Positions 1-10,227 of a stretch of DNA of 64,000 bases are shown here, piece by piece. This stretch comes from an uncultured Candidatus Saccharibacteria bacterium (GTDB lineage Bacteria > Patescibacteriota > Minisyncoccia > Phycocordibacterales > CAIZLB01), in contig CAYVEK010000001.1 in the NCBI GenBank assembly GCA_964450605.1, positions 72,430 through 136,429 on the forward strand, written 5' to 3'. The position numbers and the translations under genes are program-made. The number at the start of each line of letters is the position of its first letter. Within the stretch, counting starts at the first letter, position 1. The notes under the pieces are model-generated. The model saw only the letters and a program-made list of their open reading frames with translations. It made no database searches and was not told where the DNA came from.

Positions 1-97
1 GGCTCAACATTTACATTTGTGTATGCACAACTACTAGTTTCTCCTCAAAAATTATACAAAGTTAAGGTTCTAGGTCAAAAGTAAAATCTTTGTTGAA

Positions 98-1822
98 ATG
101 AAACTATTTAAAAGTTCCAAAAAGAAATATGTAGAAATTTTGCCGGAAGATGTATTGATAGATGCTGCAAACCTGCCATCATTTGATACAAGTCAGTTGG
201 AGGGTCGTGTAACAGGTCATATTGATTCTCGGTTTTTTACATTTTTAAGTGCACTAGGAATATTGGTTATAACTTTTTTTGGATATTCTGCTTTTGATTT
301 ACAAATAAAAAACGGATCTTTTTATTCACAAAAAGCTGAAAATAATCGCTTTGAGTATATACCGTTATTTGCTGAACGAGGATCTATTTATGATCGAAAT
401 GGAAAAGCGCTCGCTTGGAATGAAAACAGTGCAACTTCAACAAATGATTTTGCTCAAAGAAAATATGTCAAAGATGTTCCGCTTGGTAGTTTGCTTGGAT
501 ATGTTAAATATCCTAAAAAAGATAAAAAGAACGGCATATATATTACAGATGCACTTACACCAACAGGTGGTCTAGAAGAATATTTTAATGACATCTTACA
601 AGGAAAAGAAGGTTCCTTGTATATAGAAACTGATGCGGTTGGAAATGTTGTATCTGAAACAACTGCTGATGCTCCACAAAAAGGGGCAAACCTAAAACTA
701 ACAATAGATCTTGATATGCAAAAAGCATTGTATCAAAGTATTCACAATGCCTCTGTTGAAAGCGGATATGTTGGAGGTGTTGCATTGATAGCTGATGTAC
801 GTGACGGCTCTCTTGTATCAGCAGTGACGTTTCCTGATTTTGATTCAAACGTCATGACTGATGGAACAGATCATGAACTTATTCAAAAATATCTGACTGA
901 TAAAAAAAGTTATTTTTTAAATCGATATACTGATGGTTTGTATGCTCCTGGTTCTATAGTAAAACCAATGTTTGCTCTTGCAGCGCTTCATGAAGGAATA
1001 GTTACATCTGAAGAAAAGATATTGAGTACAGGACAGTTGAGTGTCCCAAATCCATATCAACCAGGCAAATTTACTATCTTTAAAGACTGGAAAGCTCATG
1101 GGTATACAGATGTAAGAGAAGCTATCGCGGTATCTTCTGATGTGTATTTCTACACTGTTGCTGGAGGTGTTCCAGGTAAAAAAGGCTTGGGTATAACAAA
1201 ACTGACTGAATATTCAAATCAGTTTGGATTAGCTGATACATTTTCAGGAACTTTCTTTGAATCAAAGAAATCTGTTATACCAACTCCAGAGTGGAAGAAA
1301 AAAACATTTAATGGTGAAGACTGGAGACTCGGAGATACATACAACTCTTCTATCGGCCAGTATGGTTTTTCTATAACACCGATTCAGGCCCTGAGTATGT
1401 TAATGAAGATGATACGCGCAGATGAGGGATATGATACTGTGCCTATGTTTAAATTAAAACAAGATGATCCTGTCGAGCTTATAAAACTTCCGGAAGTTGT
1501 TACTAAGATTTCTAAAAATAATTATATAGATATCATGGAAGGTATGCGTATGACTGTTACGACAGGTACTGCGCAAGTTCTAAATTTTTCAGAAATGAAA
1601 ATAGCCGGAAAAACAGGTACTGCCCAACTTGGTGCGTATAATCAATATATAAACTCATGGTTTGTTGGTGTGTGGCCGTATACTGAGCCTCGATATGTGA
1701 TAGTCTATTTACTCGAAAAAGGTGATTCAAAAAACTCAAAAAGTGCGTCCTTGTATTTATCTGAAGCGATAAGGACTTGTCTTGCGTACAGTTGCGATTT
1801 TGATAATAAACCACTAGAGTAA
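98..1822 (+). CDS. Penicillin-binding protein 2/FtsI-family peptidoglycan D,D-transpeptidase. It has an N-terminal TM segment, a dimerisation domain and a transpeptidase domain.
   Basis: 574-aa ORF with class B PBP motifs: SxxK (GSIVKP), SxN (SSDVYF) and KTG (KTGTA). Hydrophobic N-terminal anchor. Confidence 0.85.
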   Translation: MKLFKSSKKKYVEILPEDVLIDAANLPSFDTSQLEGRVTGHIDSRFFTFLSALGILVITFFGYSAFDLQIKNGSFYSQKAENNRFEYIPLFAERGSIYDRNGKALAWNENSATSTNDFAQRKYVKDVPLGSLLGYVKYPKKDKKNGIYITDALTPTGGLEEYFNDILQGKEGSLYIETDAVGNVVSETTADAPQKGANLKLTIDLDMQKALYQSIHNASVESGYVGGVALIADVRDGSLVSAVTFPDFDSNVMTDGTDHELIQKYLTDKKSYFLNRYTDGLYAPGSIVKPMFALAALHEGIVTSEEKILSTGQLSVPNPYQPGKFTIFKDWKAHGYTDVREAIAVSSDVYFYTVAGGVPGKKGLGITKLTEYSNQFGLADTFSGTFFESKKSVIPTPEWKKKTFNGEDWRLGDTYNSSIGQYGFSITPIQALSMLMKMIRADEGYDTVPMFKLKQDDPVELIKLPEVVTKISKNNYIDIMEGMRMTVTTGTAQVLNFSEMKIAGKTGTAQLGAYNQYINSWFVGVWPYTEPRYVIVYLLEKGDSKNSKSASLYLSEAIRTCLAYSCDFDNKPLE

Positions 1823-1826
1823 ATAT

Positions 1827-3095
1827 ATGAATATAGAAGATTTTAAAAAAATAGATTTACCTGAAACACCAGGGGTGTATTTTTTTAAACATGGACGAGA
1901 GATCCTGTACATAGGAAAGGCGACATCTCTAAAAGATAGAGTTCGAAGTTATTTTACCCCTGATTTAATCAAGACAAGAGGGTTGCTGTTGGTTGATATG
2001 GTGACCAAGGCTTCAACCATCACGTATGAACAAACAGATTCTGTACTTGAGGCCTTGCTCAAGGAGTCGGCTCTTATAAAAAAACATCAGCCATATTACA
2101 ACACCAAAGAAAAAGATAATAAGAGTTATTATTTCGTTGCGATTACAAACGAAGAATATCCTGCAGTCACCCTGATACGAGGACGTGAATTGGAAAAAAA
2201 GATTGAGTCAGATCCACGTGCGTATATTCAAACTTTCGGTCCATTTGTTTCAGGTTCACAACTTAAAGAGGCTATGGCAATCGTTCGGAAGATATTTCCA
2301 TATCGAGATTTATCATGCAGACCCGCACAAGGTAAACCGTGCTTCAATGCAAGTATTGGTCTATGCCCCGGGGTATGTACAGGTAAGATAACAGCAGCAG
2401 AGTATAAAAAACAACTTAAAACTTTCTACACGTTCATGAACGGTGATGTTAAAAAAGTTCAGAAAGAAATAGAGAAGAAAATGTTTTTAGCGAGCAAGAA
2501 ACAGCATTTTGAAGAAGCTTCGCAGTATAAAAAGAAATTGTATGCATTGGGACATATCCAAGACATAGCACTGTTGAAAAAGGATGATCTCGGATCAAAT
2601 CTTACAAACTCGGTTCGGATCGAGTCATATGATGTCGCACATATGTCTGGAAAAAGTATGGTTGGAGTTATGGTGGTTATGGATGGGGATGGTTTTCGAA
2701 AGGATCAATATAGAATGTTTAATATAAAAAGTGTACAGCAAGCAAATGACCCTGCTGCACTCCGAGAAGTTTTGGAGCGTAGGTTTGAACATGATGAATG
2801 GGGCTTTCCTCGAGTGATAGTGGTTGACGGAAATGAAGTTCAGCAACGAGTCGTGTATGATGTTATTCAAAAACGTTTTGGTCACATGTCTAAGAAAGAT
2901 CTTCCGTACATAGTATCAGTTGTAAAAGATGAAAAGCACAAAGCTCGAGCTGTCCTCACACATTCTCCATCTGACACAGAAGGTTTAGAAAAGTTGAATA
3001 TAAAAAAAGAAGATATCATATCACTTAACGCCGAAACTCATCGATTTGCCATACAGACATTTAGAAAAAAACAAAGAAAGGATGTATACTTATAG
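1827..3095 (+). CDS. uvrC: UvrC-like excinuclease ABC subunit C. It has a GIY-YIG nuclease, a Cys-rich segment, a UvrB-interaction (UVR) region and an RNase H-like endonuclease domain, but apparently lacks the C-terminal HhH2 domain.
   Basis: N-terminal GVYFFK...ILYIGKA...RVRSYF GIY-YIG motif. CxxxC...C cluster and UVR-like coiled segment. 422 aa versus about 600 aa for canonical UvrC. Confidence 0.7.
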   Translation: MNIEDFKKIDLPETPGVYFFKHGREILYIGKATSLKDRVRSYFTPDLIKTRGLLLVDMVTKASTITYEQTDSVLEALLKESALIKKHQPYYNTKEKDNKSYYFVAITNEEYPAVTLIRGRELEKKIESDPRAYIQTFGPFVSGSQLKEAMAIVRKIFPYRDLSCRPAQGKPCFNASIGLCPGVCTGKITAAEYKKQLKTFYTFMNGDVKKVQKEIEKKMFLASKKQHFEEASQYKKKLYALGHIQDIALLKKDDLGSNLTNSVRIESYDVAHMSGKSMVGVMVVMDGDGFRKDQYRMFNIKSVQQANDPAALREVLERRFEHDEWGFPRVIVVDGNEVQQRVVYDVIQKRFGHMSKKDLPYIVSVVKDEKHKARAVLTHSPSDTEGLEKLNIKKEDIISLNAETHRFAIQTFRKKQRKDVYL

Positions 3096-3098
3096 TAC

Positions 3099-4082
3099 AT
3101 GCCAAGAATTTTGAGTATTAAAAAAGCATTTGTTGAAGATGAAGGTATTCGTTTTGCAATACTAGATGATATGGCTCTGCTTGAGCGTTTTTTAACTGAA
3201 GTGTATGCAGGAACTGTTGTTGATTTTGATACCTGTGGTGTTTCGACTGATAAAGAGTGGTTGATAAAAGGTCGTCCTATACACCCAGAAACAACTATTG
3301 GAGATTACGACAGTGTGTTTGTTTTTATACATTCAAATGATTCTGATTTTGACTATGTAAAACATATTTTGAAAACAACTCGTGCAAAAGTTGTATATAT
3401 GTACGATTATGCAGATACGCTATTTCACCATGCTGAGAGACTTGAATCATTGATGCGTACGCACAGATCTTTAGTATATCCGGTCAAGTTTCCTCATCAA
3501 AAACATGTTGACCTTACGTCATACAACGACACATTTAAATCAGTAGAAGATATAGTAAGAGATTATTATAGAAGTTTGTTTTTGCCGATAGAAGTTGTTG
3601 ATACAGATCACAAAAAACATCCACAACAACTTGATATCGCAGTGCTAGAGAATCCTACAGCATTTGCAGAAGAGATACATAAAAAAAGACATATATCCGA
3701 CAAGCTTACGTTTAGAGAACATATATCGCCTGTACATGTCTGGGTTGTTGTTATTCCTAATTTTAGAAATGAAAGACTATATACAACTATCGCTCTTACT
3801 AGAAAAAAAGTCGGTGACCTGTATCTATGGGATGTGTTTCGTACAACAGATGCTGTGCGCAATGATATAAAACAAACAGTCAGCGCTGTATCAACGGTCG
3901 CGTTCGGTCATAAGTCTGTAGTCTATACACTTGCCATACATCACAAAAGAGGGGTGTTTGTAAAATCAACCAATGATTTATTATTTTTTGCAATACATCA
4001 TCCAGACTTTTTCTTTGATTTGGCAAAAGAAAACGGCATTGCGCCACTAGAATTATTTGAAACCCTGCGATACAATCCATAA
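3099..4082 (+). CDS. Hypothetical protein (327 aa), function unknown
   Basis: Long ORF in the same orientation and tightly packed after the uvrC-like gene. No recognisable motif. Confidence 0.5.
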   Translation: MPRILSIKKAFVEDEGIRFAILDDMALLERFLTEVYAGTVVDFDTCGVSTDKEWLIKGRPIHPETTIGDYDSVFVFIHSNDSDFDYVKHILKTTRAKVVYMYDYADTLFHHAERLESLMRTHRSLVYPVKFPHQKHVDLTSYNDTFKSVEDIVRDYYRSLFLPIEVVDTDHKKHPQQLDIAVLENPTAFAEEIHKKRHISDKLTFREHISPVHVWVVVIPNFRNERLYTTIALTRKKVGDLYLWDVFRTTDAVRNDIKQTVSAVSTVAFGHKSVVYTLAIHHKRGVFVKSTNDLLFFAIHHPDFFFDLAKENGIAPLELFETLRYNP

Positions 4083-4083
4083 C

Positions 4084-5313
4084 ATGGAAATACACACACC
4101 AAAACCAAAAAAACCGATTCTACAACGTGTCGGTATTGTAGTTATTATATTTGCACTAGGATTTATTGCTGGAAATTTTCAGACTGTCATAGCCGCAAAA
4201 CTAGATTCTAAGGTAGGTATAACTACTTTTTGGAAAGTGTGGAATATTCTTGATAAGGAATTCGTTGAAACTGTACACAAACCTACTGAAGGACTTGATA
4301 ATACATATCAAGGACTTTCAAAACAAGATAGGCGTATATATGGTGCTATAAAAGGTATGGTTGATTCTGAAAAGGATCCATATACAACTTTCTTTACACC
4401 AAAAGAAGCAGATTCTTTTGAAACAGAGATAAAGGGTAGTTTTAGTGGTGTGGGTATGGAGGTTGGTAAAAAGGATGGTGTTTTAACTGTGATTGCTCCT
4501 ATTGCTGATACACCTGCTTTTCGTGCAGGTATAAAAACTGGTGACAAGATTATCAAGATCAATGAAATAACAACCACAGATATGTCTGTAGATGCTGCTA
4601 TAGCACTTATTCGTGGAGAAAAAGGAACAACTGTTAAAATCACTATGTTCCGAGAAGGGGTTGATAAACCACTAGAATTTTCACTTGTTCGAGATGTTAT
4701 AAAGCTTCCAACACTTGATAAGTCGTATGACACTAAAACAGGTGTGTATACAATAAAGCTGTATTCATTCTCAGAACAGTCAGCCCAGCTCTTTAGAGAA
4801 GCTATTGTTGATTTTGATAAGACAAAAGCTAAAAAGCTGATCATCGACCTTAGAGGAAACCCAGGAGGGTATCTAGATGCTGCACTTGATATGGCAAGTT
4901 GGTTTATACCAGCTGGTAAGGTTGTAGTGGTTCAGGATTACGGATCAAAGAGTCCTCAGGAGCAGATGAGAAGTTATGGACATGGTCCTGTGCCTGCTGA
5001 TGTGAAGATAGCTGTGCTTGTAGACGGAGGATCAGCTTCTGCTTCAGAGATCTTGGCCGGTGCACTCCAGGATTATGGTAGAGCAACATTGATTGGTCAA
5101 AAGACGTTCGGAAAAGGCTCTGTTCAGGAGTATCTCAAGATCACAGATGATACAGGTCTTAAGGTTACTATTGCTCGCTGGCTTACACCTAAGGGCAAAT
5201 CTATCTCTGTTTCAGGTCTGACACCTGATATTGAGGTAAAGCCGACAGAGGACCAGCTAAAGGATAAGAAGGATGTTGTATTGGAGAAGGCAGTTGAAAT
5301 ATTGTCAAAATAA
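4084..5313 (+). CDS. Carboxy-terminal processing peptidase, S41 family (PDZ domain plus tail-specific protease domain)
   Basis: N-terminal TM segment, PDZ-like segment (GIKTGDKIIKINE) and S41 core motifs LIIDLRGNPGGY and FGKGSVQE. The ORF opens at 4057, but the Met at 4084 avoids overlap with the upstream gene. Confidence 0.8.
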   Translation: MEIHTPKPKKPILQRVGIVVIIFALGFIAGNFQTVIAAKLDSKVGITTFWKVWNILDKEFVETVHKPTEGLDNTYQGLSKQDRRIYGAIKGMVDSEKDPYTTFFTPKEADSFETEIKGSFSGVGMEVGKKDGVLTVIAPIADTPAFRAGIKTGDKIIKINEITTTDMSVDAAIALIRGEKGTTVKITMFREGVDKPLEFSLVRDVIKLPTLDKSYDTKTGVYTIKLYSFSEQSAQLFREAIVDFDKTKAKKLIIDLRGNPGGYLDAALDMASWFIPAGKVVVVQDYGSKSPQEQMRSYGHGPVPADVKIAVLVDGGSASASEILAGALQDYGRATLIGQKTFGKGSVQEYLKITDDTGLKVTIARWLTPKGKSISVSGLTPDIEVKPTEDQLKDKKDVVLEKAVEILSK

Positions 5314-5329
5314 TGTAATATAGGAATCT

Positions 5330-5779
5330 ATGAAAATCGTTTTACTTAAAGACCTACATAAAGTAGGCCGAAAATATGATGTAGTAGAGGTAGCTGACGG
5401 CTTTGCCTTGAACAGTCTTATCCCAGCCAAGGCTGCTGAAGTAGCAACACCTTCAAACATCAGTAAATACAGTAAACTTAAAGATGTAGAGACAGCTTCT
5501 CGAAAAGCTATTGAAGAAGAGGTTGTAGCTAAGCTAGACAAGCTTGTTTCTGCAACATTTACTATACAAGCTAAGGCAAATGAACAAGGTCATCTTTTTG
5601 CAGCTGTACACAAAGAAGAGATCATTAATGCTGTTAAAGATCAGGCAGGTGTAAATCTTGATCCTGAGTACATTGCTCTAGAGGGTGCTCTAAAACAAGT
5701 TGGAACTTTTGAGGTTCCTCTAAAAGTTCGAGATCTTGTAAAAGCTCTTACTATTGAGATCGTTGCCCTTGCAGAATAA
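5330..5779 (+). CDS. rplI: 50S ribosomal protein L9
   Basis: MKIVLLKDLHKVGRKYDVVEVADGFALNSLIPAKAA is a canonical L9 N-terminus. 149 aa. Confidence 0.9.
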   Translation: MKIVLLKDLHKVGRKYDVVEVADGFALNSLIPAKAAEVATPSNISKYSKLKDVETASRKAIEEEVVAKLDKLVSATFTIQAKANEQGHLFAAVHKEEIINAVKDQAGVNLDPEYIALEGALKQVGTFEVPLKVRDLVKALTIEIVALAE

Positions 5780-5798
5780 TGCCAGATAGATAGCGCTC

Positions 5799-5834
5799 GA
5801 CAAAAAACCAAACTGTCAAAGTTTGGTTTTTTTG
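5799..5834 (+). terminator. Rho-independent terminator after rplI
   Basis: aaaaaaccaaactgtcaaagtttggttttttt: a 10-bp stem (aaaccaaact/agtttggttt) followed by a T-run. Confidence 0.7.
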
Positions 5835-5856
5835 TATTTCCGTGTAAAATCAGCGT

Positions 5857-6408
5857 ATGAATTACAATTTCAGTGAATTTAATACTAAAGCAAAATCTGT
5901 AGAAACTTGGCTTCAGAATGAATATACAAATATACGAACAGGGCGTTCAAGTGCTGCTTTTCTCGATCAGGTTCGGGTTGAAGCCTATGGTGAGATGGTG
6001 CCTATATCAAACGTCGCATCTATCGGCATAGAAGATGCTAAGACATTGCGAGTCAATCCATGGGACAACTCATTGATCCGAGCTATAGAAAAATCTATAG
6101 TAGTTGCCGACCTAGGCGTTTCTGTTGCTGTAGATGATAAAGGGATACGGGTCATATTTCCAGATCTCACAGGTGAAAGGCGAGAACAGTTGGTAAAACA
6201 AGCAAAAGCAAAACTTGAAGATGCAAAGGTTGCATTAAGACAAGAGCGTGCGCGAGTGATAGATGATATGGGTGAAAAGAAGAAAGCTGGTGATATGAGC
6301 GAAGATGATGTTGCTCGAGGTAAAAAAGATGTTGAGACACATATGAATACCGCAACTACAGCTGTCGAAGCGCTATTTTCAAAAAAAGAAAAAGAGATAC
6401 TTGGTTAA
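5857..6408 (+). CDS. frr: Ribosome recycling factor
   Basis: 183 aa. TNIRTGR...LDQVRVEAYG...PISNVASI...LRVNPWD are conserved RRF blocks. Confidence 0.9.
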   Translation: MNYNFSEFNTKAKSVETWLQNEYTNIRTGRSSAAFLDQVRVEAYGEMVPISNVASIGIEDAKTLRVNPWDNSLIRAIEKSIVVADLGVSVAVDDKGIRVIFPDLTGERREQLVKQAKAKLEDAKVALRQERARVIDDMGEKKKAGDMSEDDVARGKKDVETHMNTATTAVEALFSKKEKEILG

Positions 6409-6435
6409 TTAAAAAAAATAATACATTAAAATTAC

Positions 6436-7491
6436 ATGGTAACAACCATCATCTTTCTTATAGTTCTATCAATACTTGTATTTATACATGAGTTAGGACA
6501 TTTTCTATTTGCAAAACTATTTAAAGTAAGAGTTGATGAGTTTGCTATAGGTTTTCCACCAAAGATATTTTCTTTTAAAAAAGGAGAAACCACGTATGCA
6601 TTAAACATGGTGCCTCTTGGTGGATATGTAAAGATACATGGTGAAAATCCTGATGATGTTGTTGATCCTCAAGATAGTAGAAATTTTCAAAACATATCAT
6701 GGTGGAAGCAGGTTATTGTACTTGTGGCCGGAGTTACTTTTAACGTGATCTTCGCCTGGATACTTCTTAGTATGTCTTTGATGATTGGTACTTCAAAAGC
6801 TGCTGTTGAAGGTGTACCGACACAATACGTTAAAGGTGATACGAAAGTCTTTATACAGCAAGTTATACCTGAAAGTCCTGCAGAAAAAGCGGGTATAAAA
6901 CCAGGTGATGTTATTTTGTCTGTTGATGCGGTGACGGTAACTGCGTCTGTTGAAGTTCAATCTCTTATAAAAGAAGCGGAAAAGACAGCGACTGTGGTTG
7001 TTGAAAGAGGTGGAGCAACATCAAGTCATGTTGTTACATTTGAAAAAGAAAATATGATGGGTGTAAATCTGGCTGAGGTTGGACTTGTGCAGATGCCACT
7101 ATTTCCTGCGTTGAAACATGGATTTCTTGGAACTATATATTTAACAGAAGAGATAGGAAAAGGAGTGACTTCATTTTTTAGTAAAGTGTTTGTAGGAGGT
7201 GCATCTTGGGATCAGGTGTCTGGTCCGGTAGGTATTGCTAAAAGTGTTGGAGAGGCGAGTCGAGATGGTTTTTCTGCACTACTCTTTATTAGTGTGCTGA
7301 TTTCTATATCTCTTGCCATCATGAACATTCTTCCATTTCCAGCACTTGATGGAGGACGTATAGTTATTGCTCTTATAGAAGGTGTGATTCGAAAGAAGAT
7401 AAAACCAAGTATAGTGAACACTATAAACTCTATCGGCTTCATTGTTCTTATTGGTTTGATGTTAGTTGTTACATTCAAAGATATTTTCTAG
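6436..7491 (+). CDS. rseP: RIP metalloprotease RseP (site-2 protease, M50 family) with an internal PDZ domain
   Basis: HELGHF HExxH motif in TM1, PDZ segment (GIKPGDVILSVD), and C-terminal LNILPFPALDGGR motif. Confidence 0.85.
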   Translation: MVTTIIFLIVLSILVFIHELGHFLFAKLFKVRVDEFAIGFPPKIFSFKKGETTYALNMVPLGGYVKIHGENPDDVVDPQDSRNFQNISWWKQVIVLVAGVTFNVIFAWILLSMSLMIGTSKAAVEGVPTQYVKGDTKVFIQQVIPESPAEKAGIKPGDVILSVDAVTVTASVEVQSLIKEAEKTATVVVERGGATSSHVVTFEKENMMGVNLAEVGLVQMPLFPALKHGFLGTIYLTEEIGKGVTSFFSKVFVGGASWDQVSGPVGIAKSVGEASRDGFSALLFISVLISISLAIMNILPFPALDGGRIVIALIEGVIRKKIKPSIVNTINSIGFIVLIGLMLVVTFKDIF

Positions 7492-7504
7492 TATAATTTA
7501 GTCT

Positions 7505-10186
7505 ATGAAAAGACTAATTAATTTTATTTGCATTTTTGTACTTTCTTTTATTTTTACTTCTTCAGTACAAGCTGCTACGTATCACCCAAAAAGCATATCG
7601 TTCACAGCACCATCTACCGCATACAACGGTGGGGCAAGTGAGCCTGCTCAGATATTTTTAAAAACAAAAGAAACAGGAATACCTGCTAATACTTTTATAT
7701 ACGATATCGGTGTTGCAAAGGAGATACACTCAGGAAGTGTAGTTGAGTATCAAATACTAGGATCAGATCGTGTTACGTACGAGGCTCTTGAAAAGGATGC
7801 TTTTAAATATTCAGTAAAGATACCAAACCTTCTAGAAAAGAGTGAAGACACGTTCGTGGTATTTATAAAATCATATCGAGAAAATGATCCAGATTCAGAA
7901 TCGTTTGTTGTCTCAAAGTCTTTTAACATAAATCCAACAAATAAAAAAACAGTAACTCTTGATAGAGGTTTTATAGTCACATCAACAGGTGAGGCGTTTG
8001 GTCTATCTGTTGGTCCTACATTGTACGCTAAGGCTCAAAAATCCACACATGCAACTTCAGCAGAGATAGCGTTGCAGATGACCTCAAATTCTAAAGTTGA
8101 ATTGAAAGGAACAATGACATTTAAAAAGTTACGATCAAATGATTTTTCAGAAACAAAAGATGTTTCTCTAACAGTCTTCGATGGACAGGACATATATCCT
8201 CTAGAACTTCCTACATTTAACTATGAACCAGGTGTATACATGGGAGAGCTCAATCTCGGAGCTGAAGGTGTGCAGACTCCTCAGAAAATAAGCTTTCAGT
8301 ATATAATAGACGGTCCTATGGTATCTGCTGGCCAGATGTATTTTGTATCAGCAACAAGTACTGGTGTGTTGTTTAATATGCCAGTGTTTGGTCGGCCGGT
8401 TGATCTATATACAAATGGTAATGGCACAAGTACAGATGATGTAAAAGAAGTGTATAAAACTACACTGGTATTTATGGATAAAGAAGGTATGATTCTTCGA
8501 GAATATACAACTGAATTGGATTATAAAAAAGGTGTACGACAGATACTTGTACCAGATTTGAATTGGAAAAAAGTAAAAAGTGTAGCTATAAAAGTAGTTG
8601 ATGAAAATGATAAAACTATCTTTACAACAACTCAAAACCTTTCACTTCCTGTACCAGAAAGAGATATAACTCACCTTATCTATGCATTGTCTATTCTGCT
8701 ATTGGGTGCAAGTTGGTTTATGGTATCACGAAAAAAAGGAGTTATTGTTTGGACAACCATTTTCTTTGCATTGTTTGTTTCAGCATATGCTTTTGCGGCA
8801 TGGGCTCCGACTGATGCATCAGGTAATATTCTGAACGTAAACAATGATCCTTCGAAATACAAAACATATTTTACATTCAATGAAGATTTTACAACTGAAC
8901 CTATAAGTTGTGTTGAAGATACTGATGTGTTTCTAAAAATGGTATTTCTTGAGTGTCAAAACCGTGTCCGTGAATCTGCAAACTTCGGAGTATCTCGAGT
9001 TAGTATGCAAGACGCTCGAAACAGATACGCGTCGCTATCATATAATATTGCCTCAAGTACATGTAACGGCGGTGATAAAATCATTAGATGGAAAGGTCGA
9101 GAAATTGTAATTCCTTGCGGAAGTAGTGGACATGACAACTTCTTGTTTACAACTGATTTTATAAAAATAGCTACACTTCGAGGTCCTATACCAGCAAATT
9201 CAAAACTATATATATCTGTGGATGGTACAAAAGGTTTAAATGCAGAATATGCAATGCCTTTGGCACAATCATCATGTGATCGATGTTCAAACGTTGCAGG
9301 AGAGCAGATTGCAAAAGCATTTTCAGCCTACGGACGAGACTATTTCCATTCAACTGCCGACAACAAGCTGTACTTCGCGGCAACATCAGCTCTTGGTGCA
9401 AGTGTGTGTGCAGTAGATATGTGTGCCGACACTGAGGCACAAGAAGAATCTATGCCTGAAGGAAAAGTTTGGAATACAAATGGAACTTCTGGATATGAAA
9501 AATATTCATGTATAGAGCAGACTACTCAAACATGTACTTGTTCAGGGCGAACACAGGTATGTACAGAAAATGGAAATCAAACACAAACACCAAATGCATC
9601 ACAGTGTGCACTACAGGCATCTTGTACATTTGCAAAATCTGGCAACCAAGCAACATTCACATTCACTCCTCTAAGAGCTCTTGGAAACATAACATATTCT
9701 GGAGAAAACCCTGTAACCCGAACAATACCTACAAATGGTTCAGTAACAGAAACTATGAGTATTACGGATTCATTTGATGGCATGACAGCAAGTGCAAGTT
9801 GTACAGCATCGTTTAATGACCAAGATACAACAAATAATAACAATAACGGAAATCCTGACGGCGGTGATTGTGATCCTGCCGTAACAACCTGTACAGACAA
9901 TAACGGAACAGGTGGAAATCCAAGTTTGCCTCCGGTAATAAGTAAGTTCACTGCTACAAAGTTTGTCGAGCAAGGTCAGAGTTGCGTCTTTGCGTGGGAA
10001 GTGCAAAATGCTGCTTCATGTACACTCGGTGGTCAATCTGTAAATCCAAATGCAAGTAAAAGTTTCCCTACAACCGATGGTAAGAATATAACTAAGACTC
10101 TTTCATGTACAAACGGTGGAGACACTCCACAGGTCGTAAATCGTACCGCAACATGTGCTGTTAACCCAACAGTAAAACAAAACTAA
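7505..10186 (+). CDS. Large secreted/membrane-associated Cys-rich protein (893 aa), function unknown
   Basis: N-terminal signal peptide (LSFIFTSSVQAA), two mid-protein TM helices near aa 390-440, and a C-terminal half rich in Cys, Thr, Asn and Gly with poly-N/G linkers. Confidence 0.5.
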   Translation: MKRLINFICIFVLSFIFTSSVQAATYHPKSISFTAPSTAYNGGASEPAQIFLKTKETGIPANTFIYDIGVAKEIHSGSVVEYQILGSDRVTYEALEKDAFKYSVKIPNLLEKSEDTFVVFIKSYRENDPDSESFVVSKSFNINPTNKKTVTLDRGFIVTSTGEAFGLSVGPTLYAKAQKSTHATSAEIALQMTSNSKVELKGTMTFKKLRSNDFSETKDVSLTVFDGQDIYPLELPTFNYEPGVYMGELNLGAEGVQTPQKISFQYIIDGPMVSAGQMYFVSATSTGVLFNMPVFGRPVDLYTNGNGTSTDDVKEVYKTTLVFMDKEGMILREYTTELDYKKGVRQILVPDLNWKKVKSVAIKVVDENDKTIFTTTQNLSLPVPERDITHLIYALSILLLGASWFMVSRKKGVIVWTTIFFALFVSAYAFAAWAPTDASGNILNVNNDPSKYKTYFTFNEDFTTEPISCVEDTDVFLKMVFLECQNRVRESANFGVSRVSMQDARNRYASLSYNIASSTCNGGDKIIRWKGREIVIPCGSSGHDNFLFTTDFIKIATLRGPIPANSKLYISVDGTKGLNAEYAMPLAQSSCDRCSNVAGEQIAKAFSAYGRDYFHSTADNKLYFAATSALGASVCAVDMCADTEAQEESMPEGKVWNTNGTSGYEKYSCIEQTTQTCTCSGRTQVCTENGNQTQTPNASQCALQASCTFAKSGNQATFTFTPLRALGNITYSGENPVTRTIPTNGSVTETMSITDSFDGMTASASCTASFNDQDTTNNNNNGNPDGGDCDPAVTTCTDNNGTGGNPSLPPVISKFTATKFVEQGQSCVFAWEVQNAASCTLGGQSVNPNASKSFPTTDGKNITKTLSCTNGGDTPQVVNRTATCAVNPTVKQN

Positions 10187-10227
10187 GATAGTTGAGGTTT
10201 ATCCGTATATATACTAGTATAGGCTGT

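Noticed and set aside
4308-4844. 178-aa minus-strand ORF
   Set aside because: Entirely antisense to the well-supported S41 protease gene.
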